From Anthoceros angustus (Eukaryota > Plantae > Anthocerotophyta): 64,000 bases of DNA. Location: the NCBI GenBank assembly GCA_010909165.1, contig VJWM01000063.1, positions 372,001 through 436,000 on the forward strand, given 5' to 3'. Below the pieces are notes generated by a model. That model saw nothing but the letters and a program-made list of their open reading frames with translations, did not search any database and was not told the origin of the DNA. Shown one piece after another: positions 12,614 to 29,941 of this stretch (position 1 is the first letter of the stretch; each line of letters begins with the position of its first letter). Made by a program: the position numbers and the translations under genes.

Positions 12614-15280
12614 CCTATGTAGGGCAAGGCCTAAATATCGGGTCGCAAAGAATACGGCTTGGTGACAGACATGCATACCATGAGCATGGCCTCTCCCCGC
12701 CTCTCTCTCGTATCTGCCAACCCGCATGCAAGCCACCCGAGGGGGAACTAATTCAAGTTCTGCACGAATACCCCGGTCACCGCAGCGCGATACAAAGTCG
12801 ATTCCACACCATAGCCTGTGCATGCGCGGCTCGGGGCCTTGACTCAAGAGCAAGCGAGAGGAGGATCACCAAGACGAGCGAGAGGACAGATCACCAGAGT
12901 TTTGATTAATTGCGGCATTGGTCAAAACATCCGAAGGGAGACATTAAGCACCTACATCGCACCTACACCTCACGCTAGTTTTCTTTGTCTCGATAACTTC
13001 CTCTCTTCTTCTTTTCTTGATGGTGAGAAGAATGGCTTAGTCCTGATGATGTTGTTGTCTCCCTGGTTGGTGGTGAATGCTTGAAGAGGCTGCCGTGTTG
13101 CGGCATTTCACCAACTCATATGCAATCAAGCCGGACATCCATGAGTGTCGTTTCACCAAAAGTGCTTGCATCCCCACGACTTCCTTATTCTTGTGCATCA
13201 AATTCACAATAGCATTGCAATCTTGTTCCGAGCGAATCTCCTCTTGTTCCGCCTTCATACATAAAACACCCTCCACAAGGTTGCGGAGTTGCAACGCTTT
13301 CCATCACATTCTCTATTATCACAAAAGCGGTCGTTACAGGCTCTGAATTGCAGACCATTCGTTCAGTATCTTGACGTTTCATCCGAGTGTGAGAGCACCC
13401 AAGCATATCCTGCACTTTCACGATGTGTTTACAAATAAAGCCTTTCCTCCCTTGAGCACACTCACATGTAGCCCATGGAATCTGCCTCAATTGTATATGC
13501 ACATGGGCATCGGTGAACTCACGGGCATAAAAGGTGTGGTACAAGGTGGGAAGGAAAGTAACATTATCATCCTCAATTAGAGTTGCCCCATCTATTTTAG
13601 TGTGCACCATTTCTCCTCATGTTAACCACATACCCTCCTTCTTGCAATGGTTCACATACCAATAATGGACGCTTAATTCTGAGCACAATTGATGTCAGCC
13701 TGGCTCTACTTGTGCCGACAAGAGATGCCCTTGTAAGACTAAGTTACTTAAAAACCGATGCCATGCTTCTATAAGCGCAAGGCACGATGAGTCTTATGCA
13801 TCCTTACTTATGTAACCTCATGAAAAGATGTGAGCCACACTGGCTATGGTGTCACTTATGCAATCCTTTGCCAAAAACCCACGCTCTGAATACCATTCAT
13901 GTGAAGGTCGAAAGCCATAATTGTGAAGAGTCTTGGTACTTCTTGGTTTACACCAAAGCGTGGAATCAATACCAAGTACATTATTTTACCATGTGTCAAG
14001 CAGTGCGAAGCATGAGCAGGTCCCGAATCCCCAAACAAAAGCATTTGATACGGTGGACTTGTGAAACACAAATGCGGCATTGACGCATCCATATACCCAC
14101 ACTAATATTGTCATCCGGATGATGTTTCCACCTTTGTACCTTGCAAGTCAAGATTGTCAATGTCTTGCGCGTGTCAAGAATCATCTCTAACTTTGGACAT
14201 CTTGTGACTCATGCTCCAAGCTTGTTGAAAGCTCCACAACATTTCTTTACACCTCACGGTGTCAAATCTAAGAACTCGATACAAAATTACACAATAAACC
14301 ATGTTTCACCCATGCCTTCTTGTCGGCACTCAAGTGAGATACGACATCTCTTGGCATGCCTCGTACTCACAGCCATGACACACTCTTTGAACATCCACGC
14401 ATAGTTTTAGAGTTAAAATTCAAGCCATCTTAGTAGCAAGCAAAGCTCGAACAGCGCGTGTTTGATGCTTTCACCGTTAGCAATCCCGAGACCGCTCTCG
14501 CTTTTCTCACCCTCCACAGTGACAGGTGCAATTGGTGGAGGCATGGGAACATTCAGCGTCCACGGCCCATATCCACACCAATAATCGCAGCAAAACTGCA
14601 GATGAAATCTTTCAATGATACCAACAAGCGATAAAACGGATTGAATCCTTAGGGTCCATACATGCAGTGTTGTGACAATGGTTGCATCTAGCTTGAGACA
14701 ACTTACTGAAGTATTGTTGTGTGGACCCTCTCGAGATGCCTTGTAATAATTTGTAGGAGCAAGCAATGCTGTCTCATGTGAAATCACACTCTGGTCCAAG
14801 GGATGTAAGCTAATGTTAGTTGTTTATCTTGGCCAGGATAAGATGGATGCTTGTATGAGGATTGCTGCCATTCCAAATCATTGAAAGAAAATTTCCCTCC
14901 ACCAGGCCTCTGAATTGCAAAAAGATAATGTGCTGCAACCTCATCCATCACTGGAACACAATCCGTATACGTGCATCCTCCCTAGCCTTCGATCTTTCAA
15001 CTCTTACCGCGTGCCCTGCTTTGAGCAGAGCGCTCTCTCCGCTCTCGTTCTCAATTGAAACGAACAAAGGGCGAGCAGTATCGCCGCGGGAATCGCCACG
15101 ACAATCAGGGCGACGGGAACTTGAATTAGTTTCCCGTCGCTCCCGGTGGCTCCGTCGCGGGTTGGCACGGATAAGAGAGAGAGGAGTAGGGGAGAGGAAG
15201 GCCATGCTCATGGCATGGCATGTCGATTCGCCAGGCCGTACCCTGGCGAACCGATATTTAGGCCTAGCGCCGATGTAGGG
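12614..15280 (-). mobile_element. Mutator-like element (MULE) with long diverged TIRs and a transposase relic
   Basis: 12614-12760 is the diverged reverse complement of 15115-15280 (aggcctaaatatcgg...ccatgagcatggcc...aactaattcaagttc). Internal minus-strand RFGVNQ...LFTIMAFDLHMNGI (MULE core) and CECAQGRKGFICKH (SWIM finger). No TSD seen. Confidence 0.8.
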
Positions 15281-15340
15281 TCGAACCCTGCACACCTATG
15301 TAGGTAACCCTAACGCGTGTTTCAGCACGCTCCGGGCGCC

Positions 15341-16912
15341 ATGGCAAACAAGTCGAGCAGGCGAGGTCGGTTCAGCGCCGGCCTTGGCCCTGGCTCCGGC
15401 CCCGGCCCGGGCCCCGGCTCCGGACCCAGTCTCAGGCAGCGCATCGACTGTGGCAGCAAAGGAAGCAGCAGCAGCAGGATCAGCATCGGCAGGCCGCGGT
15501 TCAATGCCACCTGCTATGCGTATGAAAGTGCGATGCAGCAGCGGGAGGTGGTCCTTGACGCCGAGCCGGGAAGGGCTGAGGTGGTAGTGGATAGGAGTCC
15601 CATTGCGGCCAGCGCCGGAGCCGGCGCTGCGTCGGGCAGAGGCAGTGATCGAAGACGGAGACGGCGGCCAGCTGCTTCCGCAGGCGGATTCCTGGCCATT
15701 GGAGGCATGCGCATCTACTGTGATCCCGACGCGGACTCCGATCACAGCAGCGGGGAATGCCTGGATGTGTGCAGGGATGTGGACGCCTTCATGAGGCGGC
15801 AAGAGGAGGTGTTTGAACATTTCAACAGCACATCGTTGCTGCCTTCGTCGTCTGCTTCTGATGCTTCAGACCAGGATACTTCCGACTCCGGGTCCGGCTC
15901 CGAATCTGGCGGTTCTTCCGGCTCCTCGAGCATCGACGATGACGTTTTCTCTCCGGAGAATATCATTGACGATGATATAGCTCTGGACTATATGTTCAAC
16001 ATCGACGGTGACGTCACCTGTTTGCTCCGCAATCGGCCTTTGGATCAGGTTGCTGTGGAGGACATGGCGGTCAGGGCTGAGCCTGTGGCTGTGGTTCGGG
16101 CTCGAGCTGGGGCTCCAACCCCAACTCGGGCCTTTTACTGTAAGGCCAATCGGGGTCCGCGCCAGGGCGGCAAGAAGAAGAAGAAGAAGGAGATTCGGAG
16201 GCTGAGAATTGAAGCTGTACGAGGGGAAAGGGCAACCATGAGAGGATTTGATCTGCATGCTATCAACCTTGTTGTAGAGAAGGTGGTGAGGGATAAAGTG
16301 GGGGTGCATGCGTTTGGGCCCATGAAAGATAGGGACCGGAAAACTGTGCGGAAGCTGGCGTCTATCTACGGGCTGAAAAGTGACAGTCAAGGATCAGGCA
16401 AGAAGAGGTTATTGATTGTTTCCAGGACTGAACACACCGAGATGCCCCACGGCGCAGGTAGAGATCGGCTCGGAGCGATGCTGGCCCTGGCCAAGTGTGA
16501 GATTCCCCATCAGCAGCTTAACACACCTGCCAGGCCTTCCCAGTCCCAGGTGACGAAACAGGAATCTGGAAAGAAACAGGAATCTGGAAAGAAACAGGAA
16601 TCTGGTAAGAAACAAAGGAGTAGGAAAGTGCTGGCCGGGCAGCCCCTGTCGTTTGTGTCTAGTGGTATTATTCGTATGGACGTGGCAGGTGTGGAGGATG
16701 CAGGCTGTCCTTCCTACTCAAAGGCTGTTCCATGTGCTCCAGCGGCTTCTACTCAGTTTGCAGCCTTTGAATGCCACACAAGGGGATTTGGATCGAGAAT
16801 GATGGCAAAGATGGGGTTTGTGGAGGGTACGGGATTGGGCAAGCTTGGTGTGGGAATTGCTGAACCATTGGAGGCAGTCAAACGACCAAAGTCATTGGGA
16901 CTAGGTGCCTGA
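15341..16912 (+). CDS. R3H- and G-patch-domain protein (SQS1/Pfa1-like, probable Prp43 cofactor), single exon
   Basis: Open frame from ATG 15341. R3H-like FGPMKDRDRKTVRKLASIYGLKSDSQGSGKKR and C-terminal G-patch HTRGFGSRMMAKMGFVEGTGLGK...AVKRPKSLGLGA. Confidence 0.88.
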   Translation: MANKSSRRGRFSAGLGPGSGPGPGPGSGPSLRQRIDCGSKGSSSSRISIGRPRFNATCYAYESAMQQREVVLDAEPGRAEVVVDRSPIAASAGAGAASGRGSDRRRRRRPAASAGGFLAIGGMRIYCDPDADSDHSSGECLDVCRDVDAFMRRQEEVFEHFNSTSLLPSSSASDASDQDTSDSGSGSESGGSSGSSSIDDDVFSPENIIDDDIALDYMFNIDGDVTCLLRNRPLDQVAVEDMAVRAEPVAVVRARAGAPTPTRAFYCKANRGPRQGGKKKKKKEIRRLRIEAVRGERATMRGFDLHAINLVVEKVVRDKVGVHAFGPMKDRDRKTVRKLASIYGLKSDSQGSGKKRLLIVSRTEHTEMPHGAGRDRLGAMLALAKCEIPHQQLNTPARPSQSQVTKQESGKKQESGKKQESGKKQRSRKVLAGQPLSFVSSGIIRMDVAGVEDAGCPSYSKAVPCAPAASTQFAAFECHTRGFGSRMMAKMGFVEGTGLGKLGVGIAEPLEAVKRPKSLGLGA

Positions 16913-17257
16913 AGAAATGATCTGGGCTGCAGGTGGTGACGTGTTCCCTGGAGGTGTCGGAGGTTCTCCCTTTTGTACATATAATGGTGGATTGCCGGGA
17001 GAGGATCCAAAATGGAAAACTGTTCAATATCTGGCACTCCACCAAAACTCATTAGTCGCCAGTAGGGCCGATTCGGGCTTTTGCCAAATTTTGACGTCTG
17101 TCTTTCCTGTAAACGCCTCACAAAGGCATCTCGACTGCGGCCTTGCTTGGAAGCCGACATGATATTTGAGGTTATGTTGCTGCGAGACCTCAGACGCTTC
17201 AGCGCCGAGGTCTTCTAATTGTACATACCAGGTGAAGGCCATCTTCAGGTGTGGGCG

Positions 17258-20781
<3,524 letters not shown>

Positions 20782-21814
20782 GGCTGCAATCTGCAAGCTG
20801 GAGTCCCCAGCGTCTCACCCCTGACGTTCGCGACTCGCACAAGCACATTCGGCGGGAAAACTCCTGCGCCAAGCTGGACGCATAGGCATGCACATAAATT
20901 GATGGGAAATGAAAACCTATGAATTCGATTTTATATAAAATTAATGATGTAATACGGGATTATAATTCGATCTTAAACAGGTGAACATGAATCCGATTTC
21001 GCAGTTGCAACGAGTTCCTCAGATAATGTGGATATAGGTCATGTTACGTAGGGTGTATATTTCCCTCAACAATTTCATTTACGCAAGTGTAACCAAGTTC
21101 CAACACTACGTGAAGGCCAGGTTCCATATGGAGACAAGACTGCAGTACAGTATACACTGTTTCAGTACATATGTATATAGAAACTATTACCTAAGTGAAA
21201 AGTTGAAAGCACGTGCTACAAGCCCCTCCATTTTTCCCTCGGACAGCAAATACAAGGAGCAGTGCGATCTCGACATGACTGGCCCGGAAGTTTCATTTCT
21301 TGCTGTTGCAATGTCGTCCATTCCTGCTCTCCAACAATAATTTCATCTTACCTCTAATGGCACATCTAGGCTCATCGTCCACAACGTCTATACACATGGA
21401 CACCATCAGCCAGGCCAAGTTTTCAGGGCTGGTACTACTCCGTATGCTACTCATGACATTGCAAGACATAAACTAGCTACCAGCAATCTACAAGAGCGCT
21501 CTTCCTGCCAACCCATAACCAACCCGCCCTAGCTCCGGTCTGCCTCCTTCCCTTACCCCAGCTGGGTGGTGGGTTGGAGGCATTGCAGAGCGAGGCGACA
21601 TTTAGGGAGATGAACCATCATCAACAAGGGCCTGGGCTCGCCACGGTGACAGACCTCGCCTGCTTGTTCAACATCACCCAAGTGCACCCTCCTCCCCCTT
21701 CCCCCTCATCCAGTAGCGTTGGCACCAGCTGGGGGAGCTGCATCATATCCTTACCGCATGTGGTACACAGGCCATCTGTCAGCAACAGTGATTTCGCACA
21801 CTGCTTGGAGTAGC

Positions 21815-24800
21815 TCAAGCTCGAGGATGGTTGCATATAGTGCATACAGTGGCTGCTGTTCCATTGGCATAAGTGCAGTGCTCGCAAGACCAATGTGCAG
21901 TCTCATCCCCGCTTCGGCTGGTACCGCTGCCTCTCGAGGACCCCACTCTACTCTTGCCTCCTCTTCCCTTTGAGCTACCTGAGGCCTTTGAGCTACTGCA
22001 ACACTTGTTGTTTACGCTCTTAGAATTGTCCACGTCAGCAAGCCCGTTCTCCAGTGCCCGCACCAGGTTTTCAAAATACGTTCTAGTAACGCTGCATTGC
22101 CAACCACCAGTTACGTCAATACAGGCCAATCAAAACCAGTTCCAACAGCTACTCACAAAAACCACAGTTTCAGTCGTGCCTGGTTAAGCCAGCTAGTTTC
22201 GTCCGAAACTCATTGAAGTTGCTCTGTGGAGCATCTCCCTCGAGAAAGAACTGCAAGTCCTTTTCAGCACACTGATGTAACCGTTCTAGCCCTCCTTCAG
22301 CCTCCCCTGCATCCTCCAACCGACAGCCATGAGAAGCCATCCACCTTGATCCAAGTTCACCAACTCCAGAAGCATAAGATAGGGCTCAGATATACAAAGT
22401 ACAATCAGGACTGTTGCTCACCTTGCAAGTACTCAAAAAATTGCCTCTTAGCTTGCTCGTGTTCTGGCAGATAATACCCATAGGCATACGTCCATTTCAA
22501 AACTCTTCGACACTCAACAATCTGCATATAAGTGAGTCCTCACCGGAATCAGGGTTGCCACTAGAAAAGCATGATGAATCACAAAGAGACAGTTCTCCAT
22601 GATGTATGGACCAAAGGCCACTGTCTTAGTATATCAACATCTAACGCAATCGCTTATCACTCACCAACTCCAACCTGCAATCTCCAGCCCCAGATAAACA
22701 AAAAGACAACTCAATCAGCATTACACTCAACCCTACTGACTGCTGCCTTTCATACTCCTCATGCCTGTGCAAGAAGTCTATGAAACACACCCACGGGGCG
22801 GCATAGTCGAACTGTTAGGCCTACCTGCAACCAGGCCTCAGGAACAAACTTGAGTTGTGACACTGGTTGGCATTGCTTGTCACTCAGTTTCTCAATCTGC
22901 GATTCAACATGGAAAATGAGAAGCATCAGTAACAGAGAGAGAGACATGAGGAAGCAGTGTCCCAAGCAAGACTTCAGCCATCAAATGCAAGACCTCAGGA
23001 TATCATAAAAGGCAGGCATGTACCTGAACGGCCTGCATTTGCTGAAGGTCGTTGAGAGCCTTTGCCCTAGACTGCACAGTACATGTCAGATATGATTATA
23101 CGTATCTTCCAACACACCTCAAATCTACACAACCAAGAAACTCAACTGATTCATTTGTTGCCCATCGCTCATAATAATGAGTGTAGCGCTCCAATGAATT
23201 TTTGGCCATTTCCCTCCTCCTTTCAGCTTCATCATACTGCGCCAGTAGTACAAGTCAAAGCCAATTCTAACTTCCCATGCATGCTTCATGCTAGACATGA
23301 AAAGGTGGGATTAAGATCCACACCACGCCTTCTTGTTTAGCAGTCTCATATCGATTGCAAGCATAAAAGCCACCGGTCCTCTCATTATGATCAGCCCAGG
23401 CTCCAAGGCACAGCCTGCAATGACAATACCCCGCATCATAAGCTCGACCATGGCCAGAGGGTATCATGACATCAGAGGTGTCTCCATTTCACACACTTGG
23501 AAACTGTTGACAGAAGCTCTTCCAGCCAGCTGTATTCCAAAGATGTCCAAATGAATCGAATATTGCAGCATCCAGGGCTCCAAAAACTCACCAGCAAAAC
23601 TCAAATTTACAAGGTGGAGTGCAGGTGATGTGCATGCAGCCTTGATTTTTCTCAATTGGGCGCTTGCACTTCGGGCAAGGTTTTGAATTCGCCAGAATCC
23701 TACCAGTAGTCACATGAAAACAGATCTCAGGTTCTCTCCAGAAGTCCAAATCCAAACAGACCGTGTGAAATGAGATCACACAGTCTGTTTGGATGAGCAC
23801 AAGTCAAAACTCCCAGCTCAGATCAAGTAGAAGCTCTGACTAAACAATCCAGTCACAACAATCAACATACCAGTTCATGTTCTCTGATTCTGCACTATTT
23901 TTCAAAATCCACTTCGCAACTGTCTCACAATTTACAGGCCGATGCGCCTCCTCCAGGCACTAGAAGATGAAAGTCAGACAGTTTAGGGCCAGATCCAGAG
24001 AACGTTTGCACTGACAGGCATACTAGCTTAGAAGATCATATTCAAGGTGTTATCTCACAGAGGATGATAAGCAACTCACGTTCCAGCAAAAGTTGTGGCC
24101 GCACTTGCAAACAATATCATAAGAACCACTGCCAGGAACGAATTCAACCGCATATTCACAGCCCGGTGCAGGGCACCACTTTGCCTGAGGATCAAGTGAG
24201 ACAATTACAATAACAGAATTATCGGAAGGAGAAGACAGGCAGATATTTTAAGTTGACAGTAGAAGTGTACTCCTCTATAGTACCTTTCTGTTGTCTTCGA
24301 CGTATGACCTCAGAAGGTATCGCATGTATTTTATCTTGTCTTCCTGTGAAACTAGAGACAAAACCATGTCCTCACCAACAGCAGCACCACAGGAGGGATC
24401 AGCACATCGAAGCGTGAGGCATCCTGGCCCATCATTGATTGCTGTATGGATGTACCCTGCAAACAGCAACCAATACACCACGAAAGCAAATAAGCCATGT
24501 GCAAAGCCAACTGACAAGCCCTCGCGCAAAAGGATAACACGTCCCTGAGTCAGTCAAGAGGAAAAGAGACGCAGCAAAATCTGGCCTCCCCGAATAAAAT
24601 CAGAAAAAACATCTGTGCATATTAACATCGCTCCAGTTCCACAGACGGACCTGTCCAGCATGTATCACAGAAATAATGATTACAAGCTGGTGCTTTCATT
24701 TTCTCGATAGGCTGTGATTCGAAGCAGATTCCACAAGTGAGCTACAACCGCAGTGCCAGAAAATCAGAATAAGAGTCGTGTTTCCCTTTAATACGAGTCA

Positions 24801-25605
24801 CTATGAAGAGCAGTAAGAGGCTTTCTACAGCAACCAAAGGAAAACTACCTCTTTGCCAGCTTGTCTTTTCTCTGGCTTTCTCTCCAGAAGGCCAACAGTA
24901 AACCGGACTCTCTCCTCGTCCGCAAACCACTCGTCATTCACTCTACTAACACTCCTGCATCCAGAGGAGAAAAGCCAAAGTAGTGCAAATGGAGGCTCAG
25001 TATCCCGTGGAACACAGGAACAATCATGACTCTTGGAGACATGAATGAGTGCGGAAACAACTCGAAAGCTGTTGGTATGTAACGAGGCAGAAACAACATA
25101 CCACTTGAAATGGCGGAGAAGAATGCCAGCTTCCGTGTTGCATACCGAGAGGACCTGTGCAACGTTTTCCACAGCTTCCCCTTGTCGCTGCCGTATATCC
25201 CTTTCACTTAAGATGGTGTAATTGGACTGCGAGCCACAATGCAAAACACAATGAGCTAGATTGAGAGAGCATGAATCACGAGAGAACGAGGGCCACCAGC
25301 AGGGCGTCCACGCCACACTAAAGCAACCGGCTTTGACACACGAAGCGAGGCATGAATTCGGCAAGCAAAGCAAACTGAGCCGCTCGCCTCTGAGGGAAAT
25401 GAAACCCACGCACAAACTTAGTTACCTGGGGAAGCCGGGAGCTAGGGTGAAGGTCATCGGCAGCACTTTCATCGAATCCGTAGTCCGACTCATCATCCTC
25501 GTCTGTCGGCATTCGATCACTCTCGTCATCGTCCTCGTTCTTGTCATAATAGTCCCCATCAGACGTGCCACCCCATGCATCATGCATATCATCCTCCGAA
25601 TCCAT
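21815..25605 (-). CDS. ARI: ARIADNE-family RBR E3 ubiquitin ligase (ARI7/ARI8-like; multi-exon; span given)
   Basis: Acidic start [14 protein letters not shown]1-IBR-RING2 ([31 protein letters not shown]), [12 protein letters not shown] Ariadne domain, C-terminal RanBP2 finger [10 protein letters not shown]...CTIC. Confidence 0.95.
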
Positions 25606-26659
25606 TCTCTAGGGGGTAGGGAATTGCACAGGACGATGGGAACAACAAAGAGAAAGAGGCTCAACTTCAGGCGGGGAAGGTGAGGGATTCAGGCAGGGTA
25701 AGGCAATTGGCAAGAGACGATGTCCCGGCGCCGGGGCAGGCAAATCCAATTGAGGCTACGTGATGGGAACAATCCTGTGGGATTGGGGCGTGCATCCGGG
25801 AGCTACAAATGGCAGAATGACCCCGAATGCGTGCCAGCGCAGCAATTCACAAGTGGTAGAAAGGAAACACCTTGGCGTCGCGTTGCATCTTGGCAAATTC
25901 AGGGCAAAAGGCGGGATGTGGCTGCCAGCCGGCCTGCCCGGTCTGGTCTGCAGCGGGGGTACAGTGGGAGCAGAGACGAGGCGAGGCAAAGGCGAAAGCA
26001 AAGGCGATGGAAGGCAAGGACCAGGGGAGGCGGAAGCGATTAGCGGACAACCGACATGCCTCAGTCGCTCATCCCTAGACTAGACCACCAATCCTCCTCC
26101 TCTCCTCCTGCTCCTCGGCTCTCTTCTCCTCTCCTTCCTCCCCTCTCCTGCTCACCGTGGGTGTCCACCGCAGCTCATCAGGGCTGGGACCGAGACACCC
26201 AGCGAAAAGACAAAGTGCTTACATGCTCTGTCATCGGCATGCCATGCACCCCATCCACATCCGCAAACCCTTACCCCCTCGACAGTGCCAACTACCCCCT
26301 CGCCGCTGGAATGAAAAACACCGCGCCAGCACGTAGGTAATGTAGTAGCAGAGGTCAATCTCCTCGTTTATAGGCAGGATCTACGTATGTACCTACATTG
26401 TAGTTAGTATCCACAAGCATACTACACCCCCTGGTGATTATATAAGTACTTAAACACATGGTTCATTTATTCAGGGAAGGAGATATGGAGAAGAGCCCAT
26501 CTAGCTGAGGACTTTGAAGGGAGACCTGCTGGGGTCAAGGATTGCAGTAAAAAGGAGTAATTAAGCTTGATCCCTAAAGTCACGTACTCTACCAACTATG
26601 TCACATGCAAGAAAAATGAAGAGCCTGCATACTACTGAGGTAAAAGGAGGATTCATCAC

Positions 26660-27030
26660 TGCTGTCATACGAAGGATCGCCTTTGCAAGTGCGTGCCCAT
26701 TGGAGGTAATGGATACAAGCTGCCCAAAGACTGTCATAAAGTAGGAAAGCGATATAGCCTGACACCGTGCCTACGAACATGGTACAAGCTTTGGCACAAT
26801 ACATGGCACAAGACCTTAAAAATATTAAAGTCCTCAGCCATCGCACCATACGTTTCCATGGCGAGAAGAATGAAGAGGTAGCCCACTTGCATCTCGTTAT
26901 ACTTCTGAACCTTGCAAGCTATCACCCAACCTGGACGGTAGTGATGACCCATGCAAAGGTGGCGTCTCATGTAGGGTTAGTGACCATCACATCCGCCACC
27001 GAGACCTGGTCGCTATGGACGAGGTACAAA
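26660..27030 (-). mobile_element. 3' fragment of an RLE-type (CRE-like) non-LTR retrotransposon, degenerate
   Basis: VADVMVTNPT...KVQKY...FILLAMETYGAM, homologous to the copy at 60640-61112. Confidence 0.62.
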
Positions 27031-27054
27031 TCAGCCTAGAACGTTTGACACGTA

Positions 27055-27581
27055 CAGTCGGCCCCCCCTAATTGGGAATTCTATAAATGGGATTCCTCTC
27101 TAAATGGGACCTCCCATCCTACTCCCTTTAGTTTATAATGTAATAAATGGGACTTTTCCTAAATGATAATTGGGACCTTTTGAAACATACATTCATGTTA
27201 ATTTCACCTCCCTAAATGGGATTTCTAATTTTTTACTAAAAAATTTAAAAAGAAAGAAAAAGAATCTATTATTTGAGAGCACAATAGACTTTTAGGTGTG
27301 ATTGAAGACTCTTAAGCTAAGCTTTTTCCTTTATGATAGATAGAGGTTTTTGATCTTTGCTTAGAGAGTGCTAGCTTTCAAACAACTATATAAAGAACTG
27401 TTAAAAGTTATTTTTAGTGAAACCTATCAATCCAAATTTAAATTTTCTTTTTGGGTATTTTTGATTTTTTAAGTTTATAACATTTTATTATTTTTAAATA
27501 GGAAAAATACAATCGGGACACTTCCCTTAATGGGACCTCTAAAGGCACTCCGAACCAGTCCCAATTAGGGGGGGTGGACTG
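27055..27581. mobile_element. Tc1/mariner-type (pogo-like) MITE
   Basis: TIRs CAGTCGGCCCCCCTAATTGGGA / TCCCAATTAGGGGGGGTGGACTG, TA on both flanks, AT-rich non-coding interior with repeated AAATGGGA. Confidence 0.85.
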
Positions 27582-28820
27582 TACATATATCAATAGTACT
27601 TGAATAAGTAGCCTAGAGCCTTTGACATGTACATATATCAATTGTACTTGAATAAGTAGCAATGTCTTCAATAAGTACACATGGATGTACCCATCTACCA
27701 TATTTATTTCAAGGAGAATTACAAGATGGGAACGTGGAGACTTTTTAAGATCATAATAAGAAAGAGCAATTAAGCCCTATGCATAAAATGGTCTATAGTA
27801 AATATTTATAACATCATGTAGTACTAAGACAATAGTATAGTACCTATGATGTCATATGATACAAATATAATATATATTAAATCACAATCATTACAAAACC
27901 TTCAACAAAGTTCCAAGGTCGATGTTGTGGAAGGTCCTCAAAGAAGAGGGTGTTCCACTACTGCAATACAAAAAGCCTATCAATACGATAATTGCAAATC
28001 AAAGTTGGAAACGAAAGGACCATAGCATTGTTCAGTGATGTCGAGGTGAAATAAGACTGCCCTATGAGCCCTTGCCTCTTCTGCAAAAGAATATGGAGGA
28101 GACTAAAGGCACTTCCTGGACAATAAACTACCTCGCAAGACAATTGTGATGTCTGCTATTTGCTGATGACCTTGTCCTCCAGCGCCCCACTAGGAAGGTG
28201 CCGCACTATCGTTGCAGCTGCCGTGACGCTAAGTGAACACTCACACAAGCCACAAGGACACATTGCTAAACCTGCCACTCTATGTCTATCGACCGCAGAA
28301 ACATGCTCAGTTTAGTCTAAGCCATCAAACAACCCTCCTGCAGAAAACTGGGAATTAGGTTGACATGGAAAGAGAAGGAGATCCTGGTATCTGCACCTAC
28401 AAGTTGCCTACCCAGCTTTTGTAAAACTGGCCCAAGATAGATCGATTGTCTTTGGGATCCAACCGGTTCTGGTAAGCATCGCTTTCCTCATCTTCAGACA
28501 TGGGCTCAACCTTCATGTCAAAGGACTCACTGGACTGAAAGCTATTGTCACCCTCCCCATCATTGCTCTCCGAGTCGGAAACTAAATCATTGATATTGAC
28601 CACTGGTTGTTTGGTGGTCAATCGCATACGATCATGTCTGGCACCGTGCAAGCTAGAAAACTGCTTGGTGGCCTTCTCGCTGCAGTCAATGTTGCCTATT
28701 TGCAACATGTGGATGAGCCCATAAAAGTGCCTGGGCCAGCCCAATACATTCTTGCCCACTCCAGTAATGTCATGGAAGTGAGCAAACCACATTTTCAAAG
28801 ATTGGAGATCACCTGGAACC

Positions 28821-29381
28821 TGTCATGCCGTGTGACACTAATCTCTGCACTTGGGTTTAATGTTTGATTAGCATTAATTAATCTAATTACTTATCTTTAA
28901 GTCAGTAATTAGTATTAATTAATCTAAGTGTTTATGTTAATTAAGCCTTGATTAGTGCTAACTAAACATGGTTAGCAATAGCTAAGTGGATAAGCACAAG
29001 TAATATGCTTTAGCATATTCCTTGCGTAGAATAATGTATTCTTAGGATATTTCCTGCATATGCTGATGCCAATAGGATATCTTAGGAATATGCCGATGTC
29101 AAGGGCTTGAATATATAGACCCTTCCACAGAGGACAAGCTTAGATCATAGCTTGTCCTCTAGATATGCAATGCAACAGTGTTGTGAGGGGACCCTCTAGA
29201 CATGCAATGCAAAAATATTGTGAGGAGACCCTCTAAATATGCAATGCAACAGTGTTGTGAGGAGACCCTCTAGATGAGGAGGCCAAAGCTATAGCTCCGA
29301 GAGCGATATGTGAGGAATTTGCGTGTTGTTCTCGTGGGGAGAGTGTGTTTGTGCCACGACGTGTGAGCTACTTCCTCCTCT
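28821..29381 (+). mobile_element. LTR family X copy, interrupted at ~29381 by the Gypsy element
   Basis: Starts TGTCATGCCGTGTGACACTAATCTCTGCAC, colinear with the solo LTR at 91-742. Contains a triplicated ~40-bp unit at 29150-29275. Confidence 0.85.
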
Positions 29382-29916
29382 TGTTACAAGCTATGATCTC
29401 GTGTGTACGCTAGATAGGCATGCTAGGATTGATAAGCTTGCTAAGCTTAGTGTGCTAGGCTTGCTAGGCATGCTAGGCTATGTTAGGCGATGCAGGCTCT
29501 TTAAGCAAGTAGGCAAGGGACCCTCTAAAGTGTGCCCAAGGCTTGAGGCCAAGAGAGGGGCCCAAGGCCAAAGGAGAGGCCCAAGTTCCAAGGTTTGAGG
29601 TCTACAGAGGGGACCAAGGCCAAAGGAGAGGCCCAAGTTCCAAGGTTTGAGGCCTACAGAGGGGACCAAGGCCAAAGGAGAAACAAGAGTAAATACCCTT
29701 GGGCGTCGGATTTCAAGGGATAAAGGAGGAGAGGATAGCAATGGGTATGTTATTAATCCATTTGTTTTCGCTATCTTTTCAAAACTTCGAATAAGTAGGT
29801 ATCCCATCTAGGTACTCATCCACCCTCAGGGTGCTTAAACGTGGAGTTCCTACGCGTGAGCTATCCAACTCACCCATCTCAACCTCTTACTATGTAGAGG
29901 GACTGAAGAGTATTTG

Positions 29917-29941
29917 AACAGCGTCTCTCAGCTTTGGGGTT
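29917..29941 (+). repeat. Left TIR of the giant DNA transposon
   Basis: Exact reverse complement of 55713-55737. Confidence 0.95.

Noticed and set aside
16556-16612. 18-bp triple repeat (KQESGK) in the G-patch gene
   Set aside because: Ordinary in-frame slippage in a low-complexity linker.
27958-28800. Possible minus-strand gene relic
   Set aside because: Fragmentary ORFs with no recognisable motif; cannot support a call.
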